A DNA stretch of 38,525 nucleotides from an uncultured archaeon (GTDB lineage Archaea; Asgardarchaeota; Thorarchaeia; Thorarchaeales; Thorarchaeaceae), in NCBI GenBank assembly GCA_964458565.1, contig CAYWJO010000034.1, forward strand, positions 1 through 38,525, given 5' to 3'. Position 1 is the stretch's first letter. Every line of letters begins with the position of its first letter. The translations under genes and the position numbers were made by a program. Shown here piece by piece: positions 17,764 through 27,193 of this stretch. The notes beneath the pieces are model-generated. The model was not told the origin of the DNA and ran no database searches. It saw only the letters and a program-made list of their open reading frames with translations.

Positions 17764-19755
17764 ATGTCTGAGGATTTTGATGATATACCTCGCAGGGGTG
17801 CTGCAATACTGGTAATCACTGTACTTGTGATATCAACCTCTGTGATTGCTGTGGTATGGCCTAAGGCATTAGATCCAGCTGAACTCTCTGCTAGAGTTGC
17901 CGTAATAGATTCTGGAATTGATTATGATCCCCTTATCTCATCCCGAATGGTAGCAGAAAAAAGTTTCATTCACGAAGAATATGGTTACAGGGCAAATGAT
18001 ACATCAACAACAGATAGTCATCCCTTGGGGAATAGACACGGAACAGTAGTTGCTCAGATTATTGCAGATAATGCGCCTAATGTAGCGTTTGTAAATGCTA
18101 AGGTTGTCAATGAAGACAACCTTGCGACCATATCAGGAATTACGAGTGCAATATATTGGGCAGTCGAGGAAGCTCATTGTAATGTTATTAATCTAAGTCT
18201 CGGAGGCGCTCCAACTAATCTGGACATTTTAGAGGATGCAGTTAGATGGGCGTTTTCAAATGGTGTATCCATTGTTGCTGCTGCGGGTAATGACAAAGAA
18301 CCACGACTCACGGGAACATCAATTGAATCTCCAGCGGTTTATCCTGAGGTCATTGCTGTGGCAGCAGTAAATGAATTTGGTTCTCCGTTTTCTTTCTCAG
18401 CGAATGGTCCTCTTCGAAATAGGACTGTAAAACCTGACCTTTCAGCTCCCGGTTGGTATGTATCAAATGGTGGTAGTGTTTCCCATCTTGGTACATCATT
18501 TGCTGCACCACATGTTGCAGCAGCAGCAGCAAACATTGTAGTTCGTTGTACAGAGGCTGGGTGGCACTGGACTCCTGGGATGATAAAAGCTCTCCTCATG
18601 GCTAGTGCGCGACACTTGGATGCAGAATCATGGGAGGTTGGAGCTGGACTGATTGATCAAGAAGCTGCACTTCAATATCTTGAGAATGTTCCAAAACATG
18701 ATCATCTTCCGCTAGTTATCTTTGCATTTCCTCAGAGCGCACCTTATAGTTTTGAGAGATGGTTTGTCAACTCTACTGCAACCATAGAAGTGTCAGTTTT
18801 TATGAGTTCGAATTCATCCATCTCCTTGATTATTGATGGTTCTGCATCTCCATGGGTCCGTGGTCCACAATTCATCGAAATCAATCAGGTTGGGTCCTTC
18901 GATATCAACATTCGTGTTGTATCCGATACAGAGAGAATCGGGATGCGTTCTTTGATAACGCTCATTGCTGAAGACTATCTTTTCACCCGTGTGCAATTAG
19001 AGTTTGATGTCCAAGTATCGATAGCGCGAATCGCCCTTGACATTAGCCATTCACCCTGGTGGTTGGACTCAATCTACGGCCAATTCAAGAGATTTTATGA
19101 AGAACTGACTCAGATGAACATAGCTGTTGAAGAATTTCGTCTACCTGCAGATATAACCTTGAATCGACTGCGACAATATGATGCAGTCTTAATTTTAGAT
19201 CCTTGTGCTCGTGATTATGATCTTTATGGGCGTGGAAAAAACAAATCCTATCCGTATAGTCCGGATGAAATTGATGCTTACAGGAATTATTGGCAGATAG
19301 GCGGAAATATAATGGTAGTTGCACTTGACAATCGCACAATCGAAATCGCGAGTGTAAACAACTTGATATCATGGTTTAATGTGAGCATGAACTTTGATAG
19401 AATTCCTGGAGTTCAAATTACCATCGATGGAAAACCTACTACAAAAATAATTACAGGACTTGCTAATCATCCAATTGCTGCAGGTGTATCTACCTTCGAT
19501 TACATCGGATGTTCACTGAATTATTCAGGTGATTCATACTGCATAGCATGGACATTGGATGAGATAGAGGGAACTGTGTTCAACAAGACTGTTCTTGTAG
19601 GTCTTGAAGGCGCGATAGGAAACCGATTTCTTGTGACAGGGAGCAATTATTTTATCGATAATGCAGGTATGTATGGATTATATTCATCTGACTATAATGC
19701 ACGACTTGCTAGGCAATGCGTCCTCTGGTTAATTAGTAATATCCAGTTTTTATAA
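17764..19755 (+). CDS. Membrane-anchored S8 serine protease, SKI-1/site-1 protease-like architecture
   Basis: N-terminal TM; triad VIDSG/HGT/GTSFAAPHV, oxyanion AAAGN; C-terminal DUF4350/class-I-GATase-like domain. Confidence 0.9.
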   Translation: MSEDFDDIPRRGAAILVITVLVISTSVIAVVWPKALDPAELSARVAVIDSGIDYDPLISSRMVAEKSFIHEEYGYRANDTSTTDSHPLGNRHGTVVAQIIADNAPNVAFVNAKVVNEDNLATISGITSAIYWAVEEAHCNVINLSLGGAPTNLDILEDAVRWAFSNGVSIVAAAGNDKEPRLTGTSIESPAVYPEVIAVAAVNEFGSPFSFSANGPLRNRTVKPDLSAPGWYVSNGGSVSHLGTSFAAPHVAAAAANIVVRCTEAGWHWTPGMIKALLMASARHLDAESWEVGAGLIDQEAALQYLENVPKHDHLPLVIFAFPQSAPYSFERWFVNSTATIEVSVFMSSNSSISLIIDGSASPWVRGPQFIEINQVGSFDINIRVVSDTERIGMRSLITLIAEDYLFTRVQLEFDVQVSIARIALDISHSPWWLDSIYGQFKRFYEELTQMNIAVEEFRLPADITLNRLRQYDAVLILDPCARDYDLYGRGKNKSYPYSPDEIDAYRNYWQIGGNIMVVALDNRTIEIASVNNLISWFNVSMNFDRIPGVQITIDGKPTTKIITGLANHPIAAGVSTFDYIGCSLNYSGDSYCIAWTLDEIEGTVFNKTVLVGLEGAIGNRFLVTGSNYFIDNAGMYGLYSSDYNARLARQCVLWLISNIQFL

Positions 19756-20133
19756 TAGTGGTGCGATATTATCACAGGCTGTCTTTGCCGCATATATCAG
19801 CATGCCTGGTTTAAGTTTCTTAGAAGCTGCCAGAACAAGAATGGCTTTTTCTCCTGCGCTCTTCATTATTACGAGTCCTTTCTCGTTTGTGAGAAGTACC
19901 TCTTCTAGAATGCCTTGGTCCATTCTCTCAGCGGCTAAGTCTGCAACTCCGAGGATAGAAGCTGACATAGCTGCAATTTCTGCTTCCTCAAGTCCCTCCG
20001 CCATGGCAGATGCAATGGGTAAGCCCTCCTTCGAAAGAAGTATCCATGCCTTGATTCCTGCTGCTAATTCTGTGGCTTCTTCGATAATAAGCTTGACCTT
20101 AGCCTGCAGCTGCTCGAATTCAGGGCTGAACAA
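19750..20133 (-). CDS. Roadblock/LC7 (MglB-like) protein
   Basis: LLSKEGLPIAS..IAAMSASILG..GMLIY. Confidence 0.93.
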   Translation of the reverse strand: MFSPEFEQLQAKVKLIIEEATELAAGIKAWILLSKEGLPIASAMAEGLEEAEIAAMSASILGVADLAAERMDQGILEEVLLTNEKGLVIMKSAGEKAILVLAASKKLKPGMLIYAAKTACDNIAPLL

Positions 20134-20243
20134 TCTATTTCCTTCCTGCGGCGAACCAGTTCTAGATTCGTGATGTGTTGCGCATTATTAAATGTTGGCT
20201 GCACTTCTTTAAACTGTGTATCACATTGAGTGCTTCTCTTGTA

Positions 20244-20849
20244 TTATTTGGAATTCATATGCACTTTATGTTTATCTGACAGATCACCAAATATTTTCAT
20301 GGCTATGGGTATCTGAAGATGTTCCAATCTCTCCTCTGAATTTTCAAAGAAATGGTTCAACAAACTTGGAGACGCTCCAGATTCTTCAAGACGAACAGCA
20401 TGGACTATCATATCTAAGATATATGCAGCTCGTACAATCCTTGCTTCCAATGTCTTACTCTCCTCATACTCATTCCATATCTCTTCTAGAGTACCAGCTT
20501 TACTCAACAAGTTGAAGATATTTGTAAGAGCTTTGGTTTCAGCTTCATGTTTTACTCTCGCAAAATCCAGACTTCCTACTGTCACCGTGGTTTTAGGGAT
20601 GTCAGAGATTCTGACCTCCGGATAATCATGGATGATTGACATTGAGAGTATTTTCTGCAAATCTAAATCGCTGTGAGTTTTCTGATAATATGTACCAATT
20701 AACAGAGCAATGTTTCCTGTTCCCCAACTATGTTCTGCAACAGATTCTCCTCTGTGATAGGTCAACCCTGCAATCACCCAGCCAGTTCTAGGAATATCTT
20801 TCAACGCATCCATCATTATGAGAAAATCAGCAAACGATTTATCGATCAA
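20244..20849 (-). CDS. HD-domain hydrolase (YfbR/HDDC2-like)
   Basis: LKDIPRTGW, ESVAEHS, IHD, distal AAYILD. Confidence 0.88.
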   Translation of the reverse strand: MIDKSFADFLIMMDALKDIPRTGWVIAGLTYHRGESVAEHSWGTGNIALLIGTYYQKTHSDLDLQKILSMSIIHDYPEVRISDIPKTTVTVGSLDFARVKHEAETKALTNIFNLLSKAGTLEEIWNEYEESKTLEARIVRAAYILDMIVHAVRLEESGASPSLLNHFFENSEERLEHLQIPIAMKIFGDLSDKHKVHMNSK

Positions 20850-20862
20850 AATCTCTCACACC

Positions 20863-20894
20863 AAAAAACAGAATGGGGGGCTTTTACACCCCCA
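20863..20894 (-). terminator. Hairpin plus T tract downstream of BMP gene
   Basis: TGGGGG..CCCCCA stem (20874-20894) followed on the minus strand by TTCTGTTTTTT. Confidence 0.55.
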
Positions 20895-20908
20895 AGGAAA
20901 TAGGATTC

Positions 20909-22075
20909 TCATGGAACCCAATGGTTAACTGTCAGGTTTCCAAAATTCAGAGAAGTAACGGTATTCTTAATCCACACCAGATATGGACCGTAGATGTACG
21001 TTGAACTGAACTCGAAGGTTGTAATATTCACTCCACCATTATAGTAATTATATTCTGTATTTATTCCCCCTTGGAACTCGCCCCATAGTGTTTTGTTCAC
21101 AGCATCATAGATGGCAAGATCTGTTCGTAAGACAACACTTGTAGTAATCCATGATCCCCATTCACCACTTGAAAGGATATCTGGATTAGGATTACCAAAA
21201 TAATCTTGGTTGGCATCTGCTCCAATAGCAAGGGGATTCCTTGTTTCATTATTGGGCATGAGATTTGGATTGTTCAATGTCACATTGGCCTCATCCATAG
21301 CTTGTCTGATACCGACAATACTTGCTCGAACAGGTGCGAATATTGTAGTCACTTCATCATCCATGTACCATTCTAACGCTTTTTCATATGCTGCTTGTGT
21401 GTCATTATATGATCCCAGAAAGTATGGATTATCTTGGTTGATGATATGCACTTTCGGATATGCAGCAAGCAATGTTGTATTAGCATACTCCACACCCTGA
21501 ATGAATCCGTAGATCATTGCCTGAACAGTATAGTCATCAGCTCTTGATCCCATGATTGCGATATAACCTGTGTTATTATTCTCTTGATTTGCAGTATTGA
21601 GGGGACTTGAAACTAATCCCGCAACAACACCTGCGAGAAATGCGGCTTCCTCTGCAGTAAAAATGGAACCAACAACGTTGTCTTTGATCGAAATTCCGCC
21701 GACCAATGCAAAATTCTGATTTGGTCTTTCATCTGCTGCGATATTTACCGCATCAGTAAGGCGTTTACCGACTGCACAAATAACCTCGTAACCTATACTA
21801 TCTGCAATATCTACAATCGCGTCTGCTGCTTCATTTGTTGTCAAATCATTACCTAACTCATAGAGTCTATAGGATACAACCATGTCTCCACCTAGAAGTT
21901 CAAGACCCACATAGGTTTGATCTGCGAAAGCCCTATCGCCAAGACCAGGCTCCATCATTACAACTGCTACACGCGGTGGTTCGTACTGTGTTGTTATGAA
22001 TAGAAATGAACCAACACCTGCAAATACGACAGTTACTATAATTAATGATGCTAAGAGGTTCGACCTAGAAACCAC
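20909..22075 (-). CDS. BMP-family (PnrA/Med-like) substrate-binding protein with N-terminal TM anchor
   Basis: GLGDRAF, EEAAFLAGVVAG, AIGADANQD, TSVVLRTDLA. Confidence 0.88.
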   Translation of the reverse strand: MVSRSNLLASLIIVTVVFAGVGSFLFITTQYEPPRVAVVMMEPGLGDRAFADQTYVGLELLGGDMVVSYRLYELGNDLTTNEAADAIVDIADSIGYEVICAVGKRLTDAVNIAADERPNQNFALVGGISIKDNVVGSIFTAEEAAFLAGVVAGLVSSPLNTANQENNNTGYIAIMGSRADDYTVQAMIYGFIQGVEYANTTLLAAYPKVHIINQDNPYFLGSYNDTQAAYEKALEWYMDDEVTTIFAPVRASIVGIRQAMDEANVTLNNPNLMPNNETRNPLAIGADANQDYFGNPNPDILSSGEWGSWITTSVVLRTDLAIYDAVNKTLWGEFQGGINTEYNYYNGGVNITTFEFSSTYIYGPYLVWIKNTVTSLNFGNLTVNHWVP

Positions 22076-22263
22076 AATGCTACCTCCAGTGACTTGGGAA
22101 CGGTGCGCTCGGTGGATGATTTAAAGCTATTGTTCTTAGTCAAAATCAAATATAGATGCGCTTATTTTATTTCTTACGGAAAATCTAGTCAATTCCACTA
22201 CTTAGTGACCTATAAATAGTCAATATGCCCTTGAAAAAATAGCTTGGAGTGTGCTTTATTTCG

Positions 22264-22983
22264 ATGGCGGAGGAAACTCTTGCACAAGTAACTAATCTTC
22301 TCGAAGAAGCAGCAGCAGTACACGAAAGTATCCGAAGTGTTATTTTATGTACAACTGAAGGTGTTGTCGTGGCAGCCATCACTAAGGATCAAAGAACCGA
22401 ACCTAATCTCTTAGCGACAGTATCAGCTGCGCTTTTATGGGCAAGTCAATCTGCATTACAACATGTAGGAGGGTCTCGACCATCCTATCTGATTCATGAT
22501 ACTCACGTAGAAATCATTGCGACCATTCTTCAGGCTCACTATCAGTTAGTCATTGTAATTTCAAAATCTGCAATTGCAGGTTTTGATTTTGAATTACACC
22601 TCCCCACATTTGAGTCGATTGCTACCAGAATTGAGATTCTTATAGGATCAAGTGTAATCATTCGCCATGAAGAATTATTGAGTAAGATAATTGCTGCAGT
22701 ACCTGAAATACGAGAAGCAATGCTTGTGACTTATGATGGTCTTCCACTATCATCAGTGGGGTTCAAGAATGATGTTGAAGTAGCTGGATTGGCTGGTTCA
22801 ATATTTGCAAATGGGTTGACTTATTCCAGTCACACAAGCTCGCTATTGATTAAATCAGATCGTCTGAATCTGCTTATCGTGAAGGTGGATGACAATCGTT
22901 TGCTCGTTACGATTTGTAGAGGGAATCAAGCTGATATTCTTGCAGCAGAAGTTGAAAAAGTACTGAATGAAAACATAATCTAG
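22264..22983 (+). CDS. Tandem roadblock/LC7 protein
   Basis: Two repeats: ILCTTEGVVVAA..LATVSAAL and MLVTYDGLPLSS..VAGLAGSI; ATG 22264 follows GGAGTG RBS (track start 22249). Confidence 0.8.
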   Translation: MAEETLAQVTNLLEEAAAVHESIRSVILCTTEGVVVAAITKDQRTEPNLLATVSAALLWASQSALQHVGGSRPSYLIHDTHVEIIATILQAHYQLVIVISKSAIAGFDFELHLPTFESIATRIEILIGSSVIIRHEELLSKIIAAVPEIREAMLVTYDGLPLSSVGFKNDVEVAGLAGSIFANGLTYSSHTSSLLIKSDRLNLLIVKVDDNRLLVTICRGNQADILAAEVEKVLNENII

Positions 22984-23693
22984 GTCCCTTCAGCTTTTAC
23001 TTCTTTTTTTGTCGCCTCGGGATCAGAAGATTCTTCCTCGTCTTCAAGAAAATCCATCGACCATTCATTCAGATTGATTGTAATGAAACAATCCTTCCCT
23101 CTTTGAGGACAATCTATTCTTATTGTCACATGGTCTGTCTTTCTTTCCTTTACTTCAGGATTTAGACATCCATCCTCAAGCTTCTCCATTAGAAACATGA
23201 TATAGGCTTCGGTTATGATGTTGAGGCTGCCTGTCATCAGAGAATCCCCGAGACCTGCAAGATAATGGCGTTTCTTCCTTCCCTCTCGCACAACTTTTAG
23301 CAGACCAACTTCTTCCATCCTGGAAACATGCCATCTAATTGTATCATGATGGACACTGAGGGATTCAGCCATCTGTTCTTGATAGCTTCCTGGATTGTTG
23401 ACCACATATGCAAATATCCGTTGTGCGGTATCGCTTCGCATTGTAAGATATGCCATTTCAGCTTCTTGGGAACGAAGCATCTTGGGATAGTATATTCTCT
23501 TCCCTGCAAATTTGATTGATTTGACGAGACCTTCTCTTTCTAATATACGTAGATGCCAAGTTAGAGTTCCTAATGGCGATTCAAGCATATCCACTAGTTC
23601 CAATAGATATGTACCTGGATTTTCGCAGAGTACCTGATATAGGTCTCTACGGAACGGATGCAGTAGCAAAGCCATCCTTTTTTGTCGTCCCAT
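22980..23693 (-). CDS. Tandem winged-helix transcriptional regulator (ArsR-like)
   Basis: Two NPG..TLxWH..LE..GL repeats; probable start MGRQKR at 23693 (track start 23759). Confidence 0.88.
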   Translation of the reverse strand: MGRQKRMALLLHPFRRDLYQVLCENPGTYLLELVDMLESPLGTLTWHLRILEREGLVKSIKFAGKRIYYPKMLRSQEAEMAYLTMRSDTAQRIFAYVVNNPGSYQEQMAESLSVHHDTIRWHVSRMEEVGLLKVVREGRKKRHYLAGLGDSLMTGSLNIITEAYIMFLMEKLEDGCLNPEVKERKTDHVTIRIDCPQRGKDCFITINLNEWSMDFLEDEEESSDPEATKKEVKAEGT

Positions 23694-23869
23694 GGCACCA
23701 TCCTCATGAATCAACCTAATTGAAGTGGAAGGGGGATAAAAGCTCTTCGACGCTATCAAATCCGGAGTGAAAATTCAATACTAGTACAGAATTACGACTG
23801 ACAGAATCGTTTAAAATGAAAGGTACATGGGCCACAAACTATAAGCGGTTGTCTATGAGTGGGTCAACT

Positions 23870-25702
23870 GTGTGCGGTATTACAGGAATCGTAACAAAAG
23901 GTCACAGCAATATTGGTGAGCTCTTGGTCATGTGTAGTAGGAAACTCACATACCGAGGGTATGACTCGGTTGGTGTTGCAGCCGTTAATAATAATATTGT
24001 AACCCTTAGGAAAGATGTAGGGACAATAGATGATGTAAATGAGAAGTTGCACCTCTCTTCTCTGCCTGGTGACCGTGGTATAGCACAACTTCGTTGGGCA
24101 ACTTATGGTGCGCCTACAAAAGTGAATGCTCAACCGCATTTTGGGTGTTCCAGTGTCTTCTATGGTGCACATAATGGGAATCTCCACAATTATTTCGAGT
24201 ATAGACAGGATCTTATTGACACTGGTCATATTATACGCTCTGAAAACGATGGAGAACTTTGTGTTCATGCTGTAGACAAATATTACGAAGAAACTGGAGA
24301 CATGTTCGAAGCAGTTCGCATGTCCACAAAGGACTTGAAGGGTGCTTTCGCATACACAGTTGGTCGTGCAGACGAACCCGAAATATATGCAGTAAAGATG
24401 GGTTCTTCTTTAGTTGCTGGTGTAAGTCCTATTGGAACAATTGTTTCCAGTGATTTGCCATCGATACTTCCTCTCACAAATCAGGTGGTGTATTTGGACG
24501 ATGGCGAGATGGTTGTTCTCAGAGAAGAAAGTGTCAAGGTCTATCGTGTTGAAGATGGAGCAGAATTAGACCGACCTATCCAAACATCCAACGTTGATGC
24601 ACGAGCTGCGGAGAAGGGTGGATTTCCTCATTTCATGTTGAAGGAAATAAACGAGCAACCTCAAGTTTCCAAGGATGTCATGGGTCTCCTTCAAGTGCCT
24701 GAACAGGAAAAATGGTTGAAGATGATTGAAGATGCTAATCGCTTCTATCTCGTTGCTTGTGGTTCCTCATATAATGCAAGTATCGTGGGAACCTATTATT
24801 TCAATAGGCTTGCTGGGGTTCCCGTTATACCTACTATAGGTGGGCAATTCATTCCAATGTATGGGCAGACACTGGATAATAATTGCACAACAATGTTGGT
24901 TTCTCAGAGTGGAGAAACAAAGGATGTTCTGAACGTACTCAAATTAATAGACGAAGAGAATCTTGGAAGGACACTTGGCGTTCTTAACGTAATTGGTAGC
25001 TCACTTATGTTCGGTGCGAATGACTATATTCCAATGGGTTGTGGTTATGAAGTAAGTGTTCCTGCAACAAAAACCTACTATTCTCAATCAATCATCTTTG
25101 CTTATTTAGCAGCAAAATTAGGTGAACGGAATGGTCATATCGATGAATCAGAAGCTAAACAGTTTATTGAGACACTAAGTAATGACCTTCCTCGACTGAC
25201 TCAGGAAACAATTGATAAAACCGGCATTCTCGCAAAAAACCTTGCTCGAACTCTTACTCGTGAGAGAGATATGTACTGCTTAGGATACGGTTTCACTGAT
25301 GGTGTTGCACGTGAAGGCGCACTCAAACTCAAAGAGATATGTTATAGTCATGTAGAGGGCATGTACAGTTCTGAATTCAAGCATGGGCCTCTTAGTATTG
25401 TGACTGATGCGTATCCTGTAATATTCACAACAACTACAGAAGACTCATGGATGGTTATTAATCACATTAATGAGGCGTCATGCAGAGGAGGTAGAGCTAT
25501 CATCGTTGGTGAGAGAGAATCCAATCTTGAGCCATATGTTGAGAATAAAATGGATTATCTTGAAGTTCCAAAGTCTGATGTTCTAATCAATCCTATTCTT
25601 GATGTAATACCTCTTCAGTTGTTGAGTTATTTCCTGTCTGTGGATCTAGGAATTAATCCCGATCTTCCTAGAAATCTATCCAAGACCCTAACAGTTGACT
25701 AG
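23870..25702 (+). CDS. glmS: Glutamine--fructose-6-phosphate transaminase
   Basis: GTG start gives the N-terminal nucleophile CGI; YRGYDS, HNG, SQSGET, EGALKLKE, KHGP, PRNLSKTLTVD. Confidence 0.95.
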   Translation: MCGITGIVTKGHSNIGELLVMCSRKLTYRGYDSVGVAAVNNNIVTLRKDVGTIDDVNEKLHLSSLPGDRGIAQLRWATYGAPTKVNAQPHFGCSSVFYGAHNGNLHNYFEYRQDLIDTGHIIRSENDGELCVHAVDKYYEETGDMFEAVRMSTKDLKGAFAYTVGRADEPEIYAVKMGSSLVAGVSPIGTIVSSDLPSILPLTNQVVYLDDGEMVVLREESVKVYRVEDGAELDRPIQTSNVDARAAEKGGFPHFMLKEINEQPQVSKDVMGLLQVPEQEKWLKMIEDANRFYLVACGSSYNASIVGTYYFNRLAGVPVIPTIGGQFIPMYGQTLDNNCTTMLVSQSGETKDVLNVLKLIDEENLGRTLGVLNVIGSSLMFGANDYIPMGCGYEVSVPATKTYYSQSIIFAYLAAKLGERNGHIDESEAKQFIETLSNDLPRLTQETIDKTGILAKNLARTLTRERDMYCLGYGFTDGVAREGALKLKEICYSHVEGMYSSEFKHGPLSIVTDAYPVIFTTTTEDSWMVINHINEASCRGGRAIIVGERESNLEPYVENKMDYLEVPKSDVLINPILDVIPLQLLSYFLSVDLGINPDLPRNLSKTLTVD

Positions 25703-26085
25703 TCTTTGTCACCTGTTTCACCTATTCTAATAGCTCTCATTTCAGGAGCATACACGTTGCCAGCATCGTACCCATCTCTGATATTAGCTATATCATCATC
25801 AGTGACTTCGAAAATTCCTAGAAGTTTGGTTTCATCACCAAGTGCCCATTGACCAAATATCATTCTACCGTGCTCATCTTCGCATTCAATCATACCCGCA
25901 GTACCTGTGCTTGACCACCAATTAAGACAATCAGAAACTTTTCCCATTTTTCCAACAATCTTCTTCCATTCCTTCTCGAATCTTGTTGGTCCTAATCGAT
26001 TTCTGAAAGTTACAAGGATGTGCCCCTTACTCTCTCTAACAAATCCCTGAATGCGTTCTAATTCTAATTCCGTGAATAGCGTCAT
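25699..26085 (-). CDS. Hypothetical protein
   Basis: 128-aa ORF overlapping glmS stop; no motif recognised. Confidence 0.7.
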   Translation of the reverse strand: MTLFTELELERIQGFVRESKGHILVTFRNRLGPTRFEKEWKKIVGKMGKVSDCLNWWSSTGTAGMIECEDEHGRMIFGQWALGDETKLLGIFEVTDDDIANIRDGYDAGNVYAPEMRAIRIGETGDKD

Positions 26086-26168
26086 GTTCTAGTCACATGT
26101 GACATCTTCAGTTAAAAGCAGCACGTTATGGATAAAAGGAGAGTATGGTATAAAATCATGAGGATTTT

Positions 26169-27053
26169 ATGAAAATAGGTCTGTTCTCTTCTGATCCATG
26201 GTCTCGGAGAGTGGAAGGTCTCTTCTGTTCTCTAGAGTCACAAGGTGTCGACGTCGTACGAATAATGCCCTGGAAAGTTAAACAGGTAATTAAAAATTCG
26301 CACTATGATATCCTGATGAGAGATGCGGATATTGACAAATTGGATAGATTGTTTGTCGTTGATCTTGGTGCAGATGATATAGGTGCATTCTTCAACAGAT
26401 TAGGTCTTTTGCGTGCGCTCGAAGCTCATGGTATCGATGTGATAAATACAAGTGATGCATTCTTAAAGATGAGAAATAAAGCGGAGAGTGTCCGACATCT
26501 GCAAGCATCTGGAATTTCAATTCCAGTTACATTGATCACGGAGTCGATTGAGGAAGCTGCTGACTTTGTTAAGCAATACAATCCTTGTGTTTTGAAGCCA
26601 ATCACTGGATTTGGTGGTCTTGGTGTACAATTAATTGAGAACAAGTTCGATTTGGAGAATATATTTGACTTTCTAAAACACCACAGCAGGATGTTTGGTA
26701 AAGGAGCCTTTCTCTTACAAGAATATATTCGTAGTCCGGGTTTTGATATTAGAGCACTTGTAATGGGAGATGAAGTCATAAGCACTATGCAGAGAGTTGC
26801 AACTGAAGGTATAGTAACAAATATCCATTCAGGTGGAATTCCTCGACCTAATGATATTGATGTAGAAGATATAGCAAAGAAATCTGCATCAGCTGTTGAC
26901 GGACAATTAGTTGGAGTAGATATAATTCCTGATAATACAGGAAATCTCTGGGTTCTTGAGGTGAATGCCACTCCAGGTTGGGTGGGACTTCAATCAGTTA
27001 CGAAGGAGGACATTACAGATCTAATCTCCTCATGGCTGACATCAAAAATATAG
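26169..27053 (+). CDS. RimK-family ATP-grasp ligase (CofF/MptN/LysX-like)
   Basis: VLKPITGFGGLGV, LQEYI, DIR, TNIHSGG, GVD, LEVNATPG. Confidence 0.92.
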   Translation: MKIGLFSSDPWSRRVEGLFCSLESQGVDVVRIMPWKVKQVIKNSHYDILMRDADIDKLDRLFVVDLGADDIGAFFNRLGLLRALEAHGIDVINTSDAFLKMRNKAESVRHLQASGISIPVTLITESIEEAADFVKQYNPCVLKPITGFGGLGVQLIENKFDLENIFDFLKHHSRMFGKGAFLLQEYIRSPGFDIRALVMGDEVISTMQRVATEGIVTNIHSGGIPRPNDIDVEDIAKKSASAVDGQLVGVDIIPDNTGNLWVLEVNATPGWVGLQSVTKEDITDLISSWLTSKI

Positions 27054-27070
27054 AAAAAACTTGAACCAAA

Positions 27071-27086
27071 GAAAAACCTTTTAAGA
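27071..27086 (+). promoter_or_regulatory. BRE/TATA promoter of coiled-coil gene
   Basis: GAAAAACC-TTTTAAGA; predicted TSS near 27110. Confidence 0.65.
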
Positions 27087-27109
27087 TGGGAGGCTCGGGG
27101 GACTTTCTA

Positions 27110-27165
27110 GAGTCACCCTAGGACCTACTAGGGCACCACGGAATCCGTCCTGAAACCCAGGGCTC
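27110..27165 (+). promoter_or_regulatory. Structured 5' leader (four-way junction)
   Basis: GAGU/GCUC closing three hairpins CCCUAG/CUAGGG, ACGG/CCGU, CCUG/CAGG. Confidence 0.55.
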
Positions 27166-27193
27166 GTAAAATAAATTCTGAGGTCCATAGACT

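Noticed and set aside
20863-20885. RNase P CR-V-like ACAGAATGGGGG..CTTTT
   Set aside because: Lies in a 59-bp spacer and is explained by a terminator hairpin
23816-23869. glmS N-terminal extension or glmS ribozyme
   Set aside because: The catalytic Cys must be N-terminal, so GTG 23870 is the start; no ribozyme core visible
26426-26971. 181-aa antisense ORF, and the other short ORFs nested in or antisense to real genes
   Set aside because: Shadow ORFs of well-supported genes with no motifs
27110-27165. tRNA gene
   Set aside because: 56 nt, no D- or T-loop consensus, no 7-nt anticodon loop
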